Shown here piece by piece: positions 54,822 to 63,382 of a DNA stretch of 64,000 bases. Under the pieces are notes generated by a model, which made no database searches, had not been told where the DNA came from, and saw nothing but the letters and a program-made list of their open reading frames with translations. The position numbers and the translations under genes are program-made. Source of the DNA: an uncultured Gammaproteobacteria bacterium (GTDB lineage: Bacteria > Patescibacteriota > Patescibacteriia > Veblenbacterales > UBA10138); assembly GCA_964453605.1 (NCBI GenBank), contig CAYVOI010000001.1:548095-612094 (forward strand), read 5' to 3'. The first letter of the stretch is position 1. The number at the start of each line of letters is the position of its first letter.

Positions 54822-55910
54822 TTACGGTTTGAGGGGAGGAAGGATTGGTTTTAGGTCAAGGTCGAAACAGTAGTGCCCTGCGGGATGCGTCCAATTCACA
54901 TCATACGGACTATAGAGCGGTACCGCCCGCGGCGCTGGCGACGTACCAGCTGGTTCAGCTGCCTCAAACGTGGCACAGATTTGAACAGCAGTACCACTAC
55001 CGGGCTTATACTCGTACGGTTGACCCGTGAGTGGGTCTTGGGGCACTGTAGGAGCATAGCCGTTTTGAAGTGCACCTAAATCCGCCGGCAAACGACCCTT
55101 TTGGCTATAGTAGCTAGTAACCCCGTTATAGATACTTTGCAGGTCAGTCACCCGCTGCTGGTCGCGCACGGCCTGCTGTCGTTCAAACGGTGTGCCGTTG
55201 AGGTAGAACCCAAAGGCTATCGCAGCCACCACCACTACGGTGAAAGCGATACCATGGGCGCGGTGCCAGGCCTTAGGGTAGGCTGCTTTTCTCTCGTCAC
55301 GCTTGACAGTTACAAAGTAGTACACAATCACCCACCCGCCAATGAGGAGTATGGTCAAAACTTTGAGCAAGAACCGCGCGTTGACTTCGCCCGCCAAAAA
55401 ACGGTCCACCAGCGCAATCAAGTCCCCTATGACCGTGGCGGCGGCTAAGAACAGCGCCAGGTAGATGAGCACGCGCCGCACCTTGGACATGGCGCTGGTG
55501 CGCCCGGCGGCCACGTCCCTCACCAACACCCAGGTAATAGCAAAAAAGACAGGGGCGGCGACGATGAGCGAAGCCAGTGGCCACGGTATGGCGCCACTGT
55601 CGCTTCCGTAGACGTTACCAACCACGTCGGGATAGTAGCGATTGATGGCCGCAAACATCACGCCTCCGAGCGAGGTAGCGGCAATACCCAGGGTAATAAA
55701 CTGCAGTAGGTAAAAGAAAATCTCGCGGCCCGAAGATTTTGGCGCGGGGGGCGCGGGCGGCACTAAATCACCGGTTGGCATGAGCGCCTGGGCAACTACA
55801 CCAAGGTCCCAGCCTGAGGTTGCCAGCATGGTTTGGATATCGGCATCACTCTTCCCGGCCGCGCGCGCTTTAGCTACAAACTGAGAAAGTTGTTCGTTGG
55901 TCTGTTTCAT
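54822..55910 (-). CDS. Hypothetical polytopic membrane protein with a ~50-aa cytosolic N-terminus and a C-terminal extracytoplasmic domain.
   Basis: Four to five TM helices (FFYLLQFITLGIAATSLGGVMFAA, LASLIVAAPVFFAITWVLV, VLIYLALFLAAATVIGDLIALV, ...). No recognised domain. Confidence 0.35.
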   Translation of the reverse strand: MKQTNEQLSQFVAKARAAGKSDADIQTMLATSGWDLGVVAQALMPTGDLVPPAPPAPKSSGREIFFYLLQFITLGIAATSLGGVMFAAINRYYPDVVGNVYGSDSGAIPWPLASLIVAAPVFFAITWVLVRDVAAGRTSAMSKVRRVLIYLALFLAAATVIGDLIALVDRFLAGEVNARFLLKVLTILLIGGWVIVYYFVTVKRDERKAAYPKAWHRAHGIAFTVVVVAAIAFGFYLNGTPFERQQAVRDQQRVTDLQSIYNGVTSYYSQKGRLPADLGALQNGYAPTVPQDPLTGQPYEYKPGSGTAVQICATFEAAEPAGTSPAPRAVPLYSPYDVNWTHPAGHYCFDLDLKPILPPLKP

Positions 55911-55916
55911 AAAGGT

Positions 55917-56333
55917 TTAGAGTGCAATAAGAACCGCACCAGCGGCCATGAGTATGGTACCAGCAATCACCTTAAACGTTAAGCCTTCACCAAGGAGTAA
56001 GCCGGCTAGCACAACCGTAAAAACCAATGATAGCTTATCAATGGGCGCCACCCGCGAGGCCGGGCCGGCCTTAAGCGCGTAGAAGTAAAAGAGCCACGAG
56101 AGCGCGGTAGCAATGGCTGAAAGAAATAGGAAGAGCCAGGTTTTGTTGGATAAGTGTGCGAGCTCGGCCAGCTTCCCTTGGTACAGTACAATAGCCCACG
56201 CAAACAAGAGTATGAACACCGTGCGAATGGCGGTAGCGAGGTTAGAGTTCACCCCGGCTACACCTATTTTAGCCAAGATAGCCGTGAGGCTGGCAAAGAA
56301 AGCGGATAAGAGAGCAGCTACAACCCAGGACAT
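55917..56333 (-). CDS. EamA-like (DMT superfamily) small 4-TM transporter.
   Basis: MSWVVAALLSAFFASLTAILAKIGVAGVNSNLATAIRTVFILLFAWAIV... has the single EamA-domain architecture. Confidence 0.6.
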   Translation of the reverse strand: MSWVVAALLSAFFASLTAILAKIGVAGVNSNLATAIRTVFILLFAWAIVLYQGKLAELAHLSNKTWLFLFLSAIATALSWLFYFYALKAGPASRVAPIDKLSLVFTVVLAGLLLGEGLTFKVIAGTILMAAGAVLIAL

Positions 56334-56337
56334 AGAG

Positions 56338-57834
56338 CTAGCGGATAGTAATAATAGGCATGCGCTCTTGTGCTTTAAGCCCTAAGGTCAGCCGCGCTTG
56401 GGTAGGTGCGTAGAGCGTAAAAAGTTTGGCGCCCTTAGCCACGCGCTCACCAAAGCGCACGTGCAGGTGCAACCCGGCAATTTTCTCGTGCGGCGCCCCG
56501 AGGTTCATGCAGACTTCGTTAATAGCTTTGTCATCTACCACCACCACACTACCTGGTTTGTCGGCGTGAATTTCGTAGCGGTAAGCGCCAGTGGCGACGG
56601 CTTCAGCGTCTAGGTTCGGGTTACCACCCTGCGCTGCGATAATTTGCTGCATCTTATGCCACGCCGCACCGCTCTCGAGCTGCCGGCGAGCCAGACGCTC
56701 ACCTTCACCACGCTTACAAAACCCTTTAAGCTCCAACAGCTCACCTGCCAAGTACACGCTCTTGTCTTCCAAATCTTGCGGCAGTAGGCTTTTCCGCTGC
56801 AACACCCTGAGCACGTCCCTAGCCTCGAGCGCCGGGCCAACGCCCCGCCCCACCGGCTCACGCGCTAACGTTTTTATCACCTTCACCTTCATACCAAACT
56901 TCCGGCCCAGGTACACAAACTTGCTCTCGAGCTGGTCGGCAGTTTTTGCCGAGCCAATTTTGGCAGTTGAACCAATAGGCATGTCTATCACGAGGTAATC
57001 CACCCCCATGGCTACCTTTTTCGCCATAATAGAAACTATCATCTTGTCATAGGGCTCGAGCGCCAGAGGCCTGGACAGCTTGATGATGCGGTCGTCGGCT
57101 GGCGCGATGGAGAGCCCACCACCCCACACCAAGCAAGCACCAGTCTTTTTGACAATGGAGCGAATCTCTGACATGGAAAACGTCACCGGGGCCAGCACCT
57201 CCATGGTGTCAGCGGTTCCGGCCGGGCTGGTTATGGCCCGGGAAGAGGTCTTGGGCATGGTGAGGCCCAAAGAGGCGATGATAGGGGTGACTATCATGGT
57301 AGTGCGGTTACCGGGCACACCACCCACCGAGTGCTTATCCACTACCTCTGTTTTCAAATTCATCTGCTCCCCGGTTTCAGCAATCGCTTTGGAGAGGTAG
57401 TAGAGCTCCTGGTCAGTGTTCGGCTTCACAAACCCCGAGGCGACGTAGTACGTCATCTCCACCGGGGAGAGACGGTTCTCCACAATATCAACAATAATAG
57501 AGCGGACTTCGTCGTAGCTTAGCTCCTTGCCTAGGAGCTTCTTCTTAATAGCTTGAATGGACGGCGGCCGCGACAGCTGTTTGAGCTCAACCAGCAGGTC
57601 GCTCTTGAGCTTAGCCGGTTGCCAAACCTCACGCCACAAGCCAACTTCACCCCTGGCTACCCGCGAGTGTGACAGCTCAGCCGCCGCCACCGTACTCTTA
57701 CCCCCGGCCCAAGACAGCTCCACCCGGTCGCCGGCTTGAACGCCAAACGCTTCCGCCTCAGTCTCGTTCAAAACCACGAGCGGCTCACCGCCAGATGAGA
57801 GATCAAGTTTTCTAGTTTTAAGAAAAATGGGCAT
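56338..57834 (-). CDS. AMP phosphorylase-like protein (thymidine/pyrimidine-nucleoside phosphorylase family with the ~80-aa N-terminal extension).
   Basis: Glycos_transf_3 / PYNP core (SVGGVPGNRTTMIVTPIIASLGLTMPKTSSRAITSPAGTADTMEVL) and a PYNP_C domain. The 498-aa length and N-terminal extension match archaeal-type AMPpase rather than DeoA (~440 aa). Confidence 0.7.
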   Translation of the reverse strand: MPIFLKTRKLDLSSGGEPLVVLNETEAEAFGVQAGDRVELSWAGGKSTVAAAELSHSRVARGEVGLWREVWQPAKLKSDLLVELKQLSRPPSIQAIKKKLLGKELSYDEVRSIIVDIVENRLSPVEMTYYVASGFVKPNTDQELYYLSKAIAETGEQMNLKTEVVDKHSVGGVPGNRTTMIVTPIIASLGLTMPKTSSRAITSPAGTADTMEVLAPVTFSMSEIRSIVKKTGACLVWGGGLSIAPADDRIIKLSRPLALEPYDKMIVSIMAKKVAMGVDYLVIDMPIGSTAKIGSAKTADQLESKFVYLGRKFGMKVKVIKTLAREPVGRGVGPALEARDVLRVLQRKSLLPQDLEDKSVYLAGELLELKGFCKRGEGERLARRQLESGAAWHKMQQIIAAQGGNPNLDAEAVATGAYRYEIHADKPGSVVVVDDKAINEVCMNLGAPHEKIAGLHLHVRFGERVAKGAKLFTLYAPTQARLTLGLKAQERMPIITIR

Positions 57835-58772
57835 TAGCGGGTGGTAATCCAGGGGTAGCGTTTTCTGACTAAGCCCGCGACCTGGCTTGGTTTAATGACA
57901 CCAAACTCAGTGATAAGACCAGTCATGTAGCGCGCTGGTACCTTATCAAATGCGAAATTGAGTGCTTTAGCACCGCGCGGTGCGTGCGGCCAAAGTTCTT
58001 TGGGGGACCTGAGCTCAAACGTGCTCTCGCCTCGCCAGTCAACTTTAAGCAGTGGCGCGGCCACGTACACGGGTACCCTTGAATCGTAGGCGGCGAGCGC
58101 CATACCAAAGCTACCAATCTTATTCAAGACTGAGCCGTCGCGGGCAATACTGTCGGCCCCGAGGAGCACCCAAGAAACTTTAACACCATCCCCCGAGTGG
58201 TTAGAGATCAAAAACGCCGCCGCACTATCGACGACCATAACCGTGGGTACATGAGCTTTACGCAAGCGTTTGTCGGTAATACGCCCCTGCAACAGTGGCC
58301 GGGTTTCGGTGTGGTAGACCCTAAAACGTTTACCGGCTCGGTGCGCATCAGCCAAAACGTGCTCAGCCAGCGACGAGTGGCAGTGGGTAAAAATGGTTTG
58401 CCCCCGGCGCACGAGCCGCTCCCCTGCTTTCACGACCAGACCGTTGGCCTCCCCGAGGTACTCAGCAAGTGCACACTCAAGGTGGTGCACGAGCTCACGC
58501 CAGGCAGTAGCTGAGCTACCACGTGTGGCGTAGTTACGCAATTCACTCACCAACCAACGAGACAAGTTGCGCGCCAAGGGCTCTGTAGGACGCACCGTCG
58601 AAAGCTCCCTTGCCACCGCGCTCAAGCGCGCCCAGTCGCGGCGACTCGCAGGTGGCGGGAGTGAACGTGCAAAGCGCGCCAGCTCATGAAGGGTGGCAGT
58701 AGCTGCCGCCGTCGCACCTTGAATACGAACACTGCGTACGTTGTACTTGAAACGTCTACGAGAGGTACTCAT
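57834..58772 (-). CDS. Ribose-1,5-bisphosphate isomerase / eIF-2B alpha-beta-delta family (MtnA-like fold).
   Basis: ...HTETRPLLQGRITDKRLRKAHVPTVMVVDSAAAFLISN...VLLGADSIARDGSVLNKIGSFGMALAAYDSRVPVYVAAPLLKVD matches the IF-2B family. It overlaps the AMPpase start by 1 nt. Confidence 0.7.
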   Translation of the reverse strand: MSTSRRRFKYNVRSVRIQGATAAATATLHELARFARSLPPPASRRDWARLSAVARELSTVRPTEPLARNLSRWLVSELRNYATRGSSATAWRELVHHLECALAEYLGEANGLVVKAGERLVRRGQTIFTHCHSSLAEHVLADAHRAGKRFRVYHTETRPLLQGRITDKRLRKAHVPTVMVVDSAAAFLISNHSGDGVKVSWVLLGADSIARDGSVLNKIGSFGMALAAYDSRVPVYVAAPLLKVDWRGESTFELRSPKELWPHAPRGAKALNFAFDKVPARYMTGLITEFGVIKPSQVAGLVRKRYPWITTR

Positions 58773-58778
58773 GGTGTA

Positions 58779-60689
58779 CTAGCTATCAAACTTCACCACC
58801 TGCCCAGGCCTCAAGGGCCGGGGCCCGGGCGGCGAGGAGGGCACTGGAGCTTGGTGGAGTGGCGCCCTAGGGTCTGGCCGACGAGCACCACCATTAAAAG
58901 AAACGGGGGCTTGTTTCAAGGCTTCGGTCAGGGAAATGCTTGGTGGGGGCGCAGGTACCGCGGGATCGGGAATGTGGACAGTTGGTTTTGGTTGAGCTAC
59001 AGCTGGTTGCGGCGAAGACTGCTGATCAGGTTGTACCGGCGGTGGTAAGGTAGCAGCACTAGACTCTACCAGAGACGCCTCAGCTGGCGCGGCAGGGGTC
59101 TGTGGTACCTCCGTCACCACCAAGCGAGGTTTGGGCTTAGGCACCAGGCCCTGCCTGACACGCTTCATGTCTTCTTTGCAGTACACGGGCCTGATGCCGT
59201 CAGGCTTGAACGGCAGCTGGACTTTACGGCCACAGACCCAGCAATTGGCCTCGAACAAATCACGAATCGGGTTTACCACGTTGAGGCGAGAAGGTTCAGC
59301 CAACTCTGCTCCCCGCTGGCGGAATGACCGCGGCACCGCACGGTAGGTGGCCTCCTCTGGGTCTAAGCTGCGCGAGTCCTCACTGGCGTTACCTTTGAAC
59401 ACGTCTTCCACGCCGGCCCAGCGCAAAATTTTCTCCTCCACGGCGGCACGGTTTTTGGCGTAGCGCTCGCGCGACACGCGAATCACCTTGTCACGGTTGT
59501 TAGTGCGTACACTAACCGGTGGCAGTGTAGTGGCGCTGAAGGGCGCGCTCGTGACGCCGTCTACCATGAGCTTCAGGTAAATGTGGTAGTTGGGCAGGCT
59601 CACCAGGTCAGCCTGGGTAAAGGTAGGGTCAAACTCCGTTTCCAAGAACTCGGCGTCCTCAGCTCCCACGCGGAACACCACCATAGTACCGACGTTGCCA
59701 AACACCGCCGCCTTGACCACGTCCCCCAGCTGCTCAATGTACTGGTGGGCAATAATGAGGTCCAGGCGGTACTTGCGGGCCTCGGACAAAATAGTGGCAA
59801 AGCTCTCGGTGGCAAAGTTTTGAAACTCGTCCACGTAGAGCATAAAGTCAGCGCGCTCTTCCTCTGGTGTGTCGATACGGCTCATGGCAGCCAGCTGCAG
59901 CTTGGTTATCATCATGGCCCCGAGTAGCGCCGAGTTGTCCTCGCCCACCCTGCCCTTACTAAGGTCCATCAGAAGTATTTTGTGGCCGTCGATAATTTCC
60001 CTAAGGTCGAGTGTGGACTTGGGCTGACCAACGATGTTGCGAATAATGGAGGAGGAGAGGAACTGCCCAATTTTGTTCTGAATAGGCGAAATGGCTTCGG
60101 TGCGGAACTTTTCGTTGTAGTTGTCGTACTCATCTATCCAGAAGCTCCTAACCACCGGGTCAGAAACTTTTTCCAAAACCTTCTTGCGGTAGTACTTATC
60201 AACTAATATGCGCGTGATGCCGAGGAGGGTGGAGCCTGGGTACTCGAGCAGCGACAGAATGGCGTTGCGGAGAATGTACTCTAGGCGCGGCCCCCAGGAA
60301 TCGGCCCAAATTTTCTTAAACACGCCAATCAGGCCCGACGCCACCAGGTGGCGGTACTTGGGGTCTACCGACTCCAGCGGGTTGAAGGCTACCGGGTAGT
60401 CAACGTCGGAGGGGTTAAAGTACACCACCTCGTTCACGCGGTGGGAGGGAATGATGTCTAAAATTTTCTCCACTAGGTCGCCGTGGGGGTCAGCCACGGC
60501 CACGCCGAACCCAGCCCGAATGTCGCTCGCGATCATGTTCTCGAGCAAGACCGATTTGCCAGCGCCAGACTTACCGATGATGTACATGTGGCGCCGGCGG
60601 TCGTCGAGCTTGATGCCGAACTTCCGGGAACTGTTCCGGAAATTAGTGACCGCAAAGGGGGTGATGGTGTAGCGAGGTAAGGTGTCCAT
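58779..60689 (-). CDS. Soluble TraD/TrwB/VirD4-like (FtsK-HerA superfamily) P-loop ATPase with a C-terminal zinc ribbon and a Pro-rich tail.
   Basis: Walker A YIIGKSGAGKSVLLENMI followed by VAVADPHGDL (a TrwB_AAD_bind-like pattern), Walker B MLYVDEFQNF, ...IIAHQYIEQLGD, then C-terminal CWVCGRKVQLPFKPDGIRPVYCKED and a PAAP...PPPSISL tail. There is no N-terminal TM segment. Confidence 0.55.
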   Translation of the reverse strand: MDTLPRYTITPFAVTNFRNSSRKFGIKLDDRRRHMYIIGKSGAGKSVLLENMIASDIRAGFGVAVADPHGDLVEKILDIIPSHRVNEVVYFNPSDVDYPVAFNPLESVDPKYRHLVASGLIGVFKKIWADSWGPRLEYILRNAILSLLEYPGSTLLGITRILVDKYYRKKVLEKVSDPVVRSFWIDEYDNYNEKFRTEAISPIQNKIGQFLSSSIIRNIVGQPKSTLDLREIIDGHKILLMDLSKGRVGEDNSALLGAMMITKLQLAAMSRIDTPEEERADFMLYVDEFQNFATESFATILSEARKYRLDLIIAHQYIEQLGDVVKAAVFGNVGTMVVFRVGAEDAEFLETEFDPTFTQADLVSLPNYHIYLKLMVDGVTSAPFSATTLPPVSVRTNNRDKVIRVSRERYAKNRAAVEEKILRWAGVEDVFKGNASEDSRSLDPEEATYRAVPRSFRQRGAELAEPSRLNVVNPIRDLFEANCWVCGRKVQLPFKPDGIRPVYCKEDMKRVRQGLVPKPKPRLVVTEVPQTPAAPAEASLVESSAATLPPPVQPDQQSSPQPAVAQPKPTVHIPDPAVPAPPPSISLTEALKQAPVSFNGGARRPDPRAPLHQAPVPSSPPGPRPLRPGQVVKFDS

Positions 60690-60695
60690 AGCAGC

Positions 60696-62117
60696 TTACT
60701 CTAGGAACGGCAGGTTGCCAGGGGGGGCGCCCTTAGCCTCCTCCGCGCTGACCTGCGGTTCAGGGGCGCTCACCGGCCTCAGGTACCCCCTGCCCATGAC
60801 CGGCAGCACGAAGGGTGGCTCAGCCTTCTTGACCTCAGTCTTCTTTACGAGCGGCGCCTTAACTGTTACCACCGGGAAGTGGTACATGGTGGCGAGCTCC
60901 TCGGTGTTAAGTATGACGCCGTGGCCAAGCCCGCGGTGCGTGCTGCGCGCTTTGAACGAGCGCAAGATGCTGCGCCGCTTATGGTCGAGCCGTGACTGTT
61001 TAAAGAAGTAGGCCACTTGGGTAGTTACGCGCTTGCCTGGTTTCCACTCGTTGAGGTTGTGGGTGCTGAACTGTTGAATCGCTCCCACTACGGCAGAAAC
61101 CCCCCTACCCTTCAGGAACGTTTCGCGTCGGCCCCAGTAGACCAGGCGGAACTTGGTCAGGAACCCAATCTTAGACGCCTTGCGTTCGATGGCTTCCACA
61201 ATGGTACGCTCGCCTGGCGTAAGCTTCATAACCTCGCTCACCAGCTCCTGTTGTTCAGACTCAGACAGGCCGCTGTACCCCGCGCACCAGGTGGGTTCAA
61301 TAATACCGGCAAAGAGAATTTCAACTATGGTGCAGAGGGTTTGGGTGGGCAGCTCAACAAACAAAAAGTAGAGTATACCATGCGACGAACCATGTTCGCG
61401 CTTAACCAAACGTTGTACCTCGGCCAGAGAGCGTTCGGTCCAGGCGCCCTTGACCGGCGTCAGCACCCACTGCAGCCAAATGTCCTCATCAGCGCCGATC
61501 CGACCCAACACCTCGAGCAACGAGGCCATGGGGTCTTTAAAATCACCGCTCAAGGTGTGCTCAAAATCGGGGTAGGTGCGAATGGGGTAAACGTCTTTCT
61601 TCACCAGCTGAAACTCAGTCCCCCACAGGTCGTGGGTTTCGGTATCGAAGTTCGAGGGCAGGCGCCCGACGTAATCCTCCACCGCCGTTATTTCGGCATC
61701 GGGGTACTGGGCGTAAATAGCTGCCTCCAGCAGGTCGCGCCAGTACACGGGTGTGCGCACCAGGTACTGAATGTAGCCGCCCAAAGATACGAGCTCAAAG
61801 CTAATTGATTCCTGATGCTTGCCATGCCAAAACCTATCCCATAGGGTGAAGCTATTGTACGCCCCCGACACGGTGGAAAAAATCTGCTCCACGGCCTGCG
61901 GCGACTGTTCGGTCTCGCGTGGTACGTCGATGGCTAGCAGTACGTACTCCAAGCTGTGGAGGAACTTGTGCCGCCTCGAGTTCACCCAGGCGGTCCAGGC
62001 CGCCCACAAGAACACGAACACCACCACCACCCAGCCACCATGCACCAACGCCCACCACGCAAAGGCCCAGGGGCTGTCGCTGGGGATACCAGTGAAATCA
62101 AGGCTCAGCTCAAACAT
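60696..62117 (-). CDS. Hypothetical membrane protein (2 N-terminal TM helices + large cytoplasmic domain), tightly coupled to the ATPase downstream.
   Basis: WAFAWWALVHGGWVVVVFVFLWAAWTAWV forms a TM hairpin. The remainder (~400 aa) has no recognisable motif. The gap to the flanking genes on either side is 3-6 nt. Confidence 0.4.
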   Translation of the reverse strand: MFELSLDFTGIPSDSPWAFAWWALVHGGWVVVVFVFLWAAWTAWVNSRRHKFLHSLEYVLLAIDVPRETEQSPQAVEQIFSTVSGAYNSFTLWDRFWHGKHQESISFELVSLGGYIQYLVRTPVYWRDLLEAAIYAQYPDAEITAVEDYVGRLPSNFDTETHDLWGTEFQLVKKDVYPIRTYPDFEHTLSGDFKDPMASLLEVLGRIGADEDIWLQWVLTPVKGAWTERSLAEVQRLVKREHGSSHGILYFLFVELPTQTLCTIVEILFAGIIEPTWCAGYSGLSESEQQELVSEVMKLTPGERTIVEAIERKASKIGFLTKFRLVYWGRRETFLKGRGVSAVVGAIQQFSTHNLNEWKPGKRVTTQVAYFFKQSRLDHKRRSILRSFKARSTHRGLGHGVILNTEELATMYHFPVVTVKAPLVKKTEVKKAEPPFVLPVMGRGYLRPVSAPEPQVSAEEAKGAPPGNLPFLE

Positions 62118-62120
62118 AGC

Positions 62121-63245
62121 TTAGGCGGCAGTGCGGGCTACGGTGTACCGACCGTCGGGCAGGCGCTCAAAGCGCTTACGGTTAGTAAGCGCCAAGTGGA
62201 TGGTCCCCGGCTTGACCACACGTTGCTTCAGGAGCTCGGCCACCAGCTCATCGCGGTGCATCGGTGCACCGCGCTGCTCGAGTATGCTCAGCAACACATC
62301 AGCCACTACGCCTGGACGGTAGCCCCACTCCTGTAGAGCGTAGATGCCCCTCCCCACCAGCACGTACTTCTTGTCCATGATGAGTTCGTTGTGCACCGTC
62401 GGTGGGTAGGCTACCTTGTGGTCGAACTTGGCTTCGTTAATAAGGCGCGTAATGTCCCTAAAGTGCAGCGGCTTAGCCTGCTTTTTTAAAACGAGGTAGA
62501 TTTTGTCGTTCATGCGTTTCGGGTTCACCGTTTCCCAGTGCCCCAAACCCCACTCACCAAAGGTGTTCCTCCTCACCTGACGGCTAATGGCGAGTAACCC
62601 CAACAGGACCCGGCCGTCGGCCAAGGTGCCACCCAGGGGCCCTGCCAGGTTAGCCCGGCTGAGCTCAGCTGCCAGCTCAGCCTCAGGCACGGGGGTTCCT
62701 CGTGCGCTAATGAGGTCTTGGGTGTGGGTAATCAGCTTATGTAGCGCGTCGAGCGAAGCACTACGCAAACGCCAGCTTGAGTGGTACTCAGTATCTTCGC
62801 CACCAAACTCCACTACCACGTCGGTGAGCAACTGCTCCAGGTAGAACCCAATGACGTGTTTGTTCTTAGTGTCCCCGGCTTCGAGCAAGAGCTCGACCAA
62901 GTGTTCGTCAGTCGCGGCGCCGCCTTCAGCTTCTAACAGCTCTAAGACCACCTGTCGTACCGGGCCGATGGTGTCTTGGTTGGCCTTACCCTGGGTAAGC
63001 TTCTGCACGCTGAGGCGCTGTATCTGGCGTATGCGTTCACGGGTTACCTGGAGTGTAGCCCCGATGCTCTCCAACGTTTCTGGTTCAGCACCCGTGAGGC
63101 CAAACCTGCGTTCCAAAATCTGGCGCTCGCGTTCACCAATGGTTTCCAAGAGCTGCCGCAGGGCCGCTTGTGGCAAAAAGTGCTCGCGGTGCGAAACCTG
63201 TTGGGTGGAAATGATTTTATCAAGTATAGACTCTTGCTCTGTCAT
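62121..63245 (-). CDS. Protein with an N-terminal sigma-70 region-4-like HTH followed by two HARE-HTH-like (RNA polymerase delta-subunit-like) winged helices. It is not a complete sigma factor.
   Basis: ERERQILERRFGLTGAEPETLESIGATLQVTRERIRQIQRLSVQKL matches sigma70_r4. C-terminal segments IYLVLKKQAKPLHFRDITRLI and VADVLLSILEQRGAPMHRDELVAELL resemble the HARE-HTH of RpoE/delta. No region-2 is present. Confidence 0.45.
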   Translation of the reverse strand: MTEQESILDKIISTQQVSHREHFLPQAALRQLLETIGERERQILERRFGLTGAEPETLESIGATLQVTRERIRQIQRLSVQKLTQGKANQDTIGPVRQVVLELLEAEGGAATDEHLVELLLEAGDTKNKHVIGFYLEQLLTDVVVEFGGEDTEYHSSWRLRSASLDALHKLITHTQDLISARGTPVPEAELAAELSRANLAGPLGGTLADGRVLLGLLAISRQVRRNTFGEWGLGHWETVNPKRMNDKIYLVLKKQAKPLHFRDITRLINEAKFDHKVAYPPTVHNELIMDKKYVLVGRGIYALQEWGYRPGVVADVLLSILEQRGAPMHRDELVAELLKQRVVKPGTIHLALTNRKRFERLPDGRYTVARTAA

Positions 63246-63293
63246 AGATGTCTGTATAGACAGGCTTAAAATACTATGGGCTACTATATATTT

Positions 63294-63322
63294 AGTATAT
63301 CATAATTACCAATTTCTGTCAA
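63294..63322 (-). promoter_or_regulatory. Sigma-70-like promoter candidate for the 62121..63245 operon.
   Basis: Minus strand reads TTGACA - 17 nt - TATACT, about 45 nt upstream of the ATG at 63245, in an AT-rich intergenic segment. Confidence 0.35.
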
Positions 63323-63382
63323 TAGAAAAATAATAAAACAAACACCGGCTATTCTAAACCGGTTTAAACCTAATTCTAAAAC

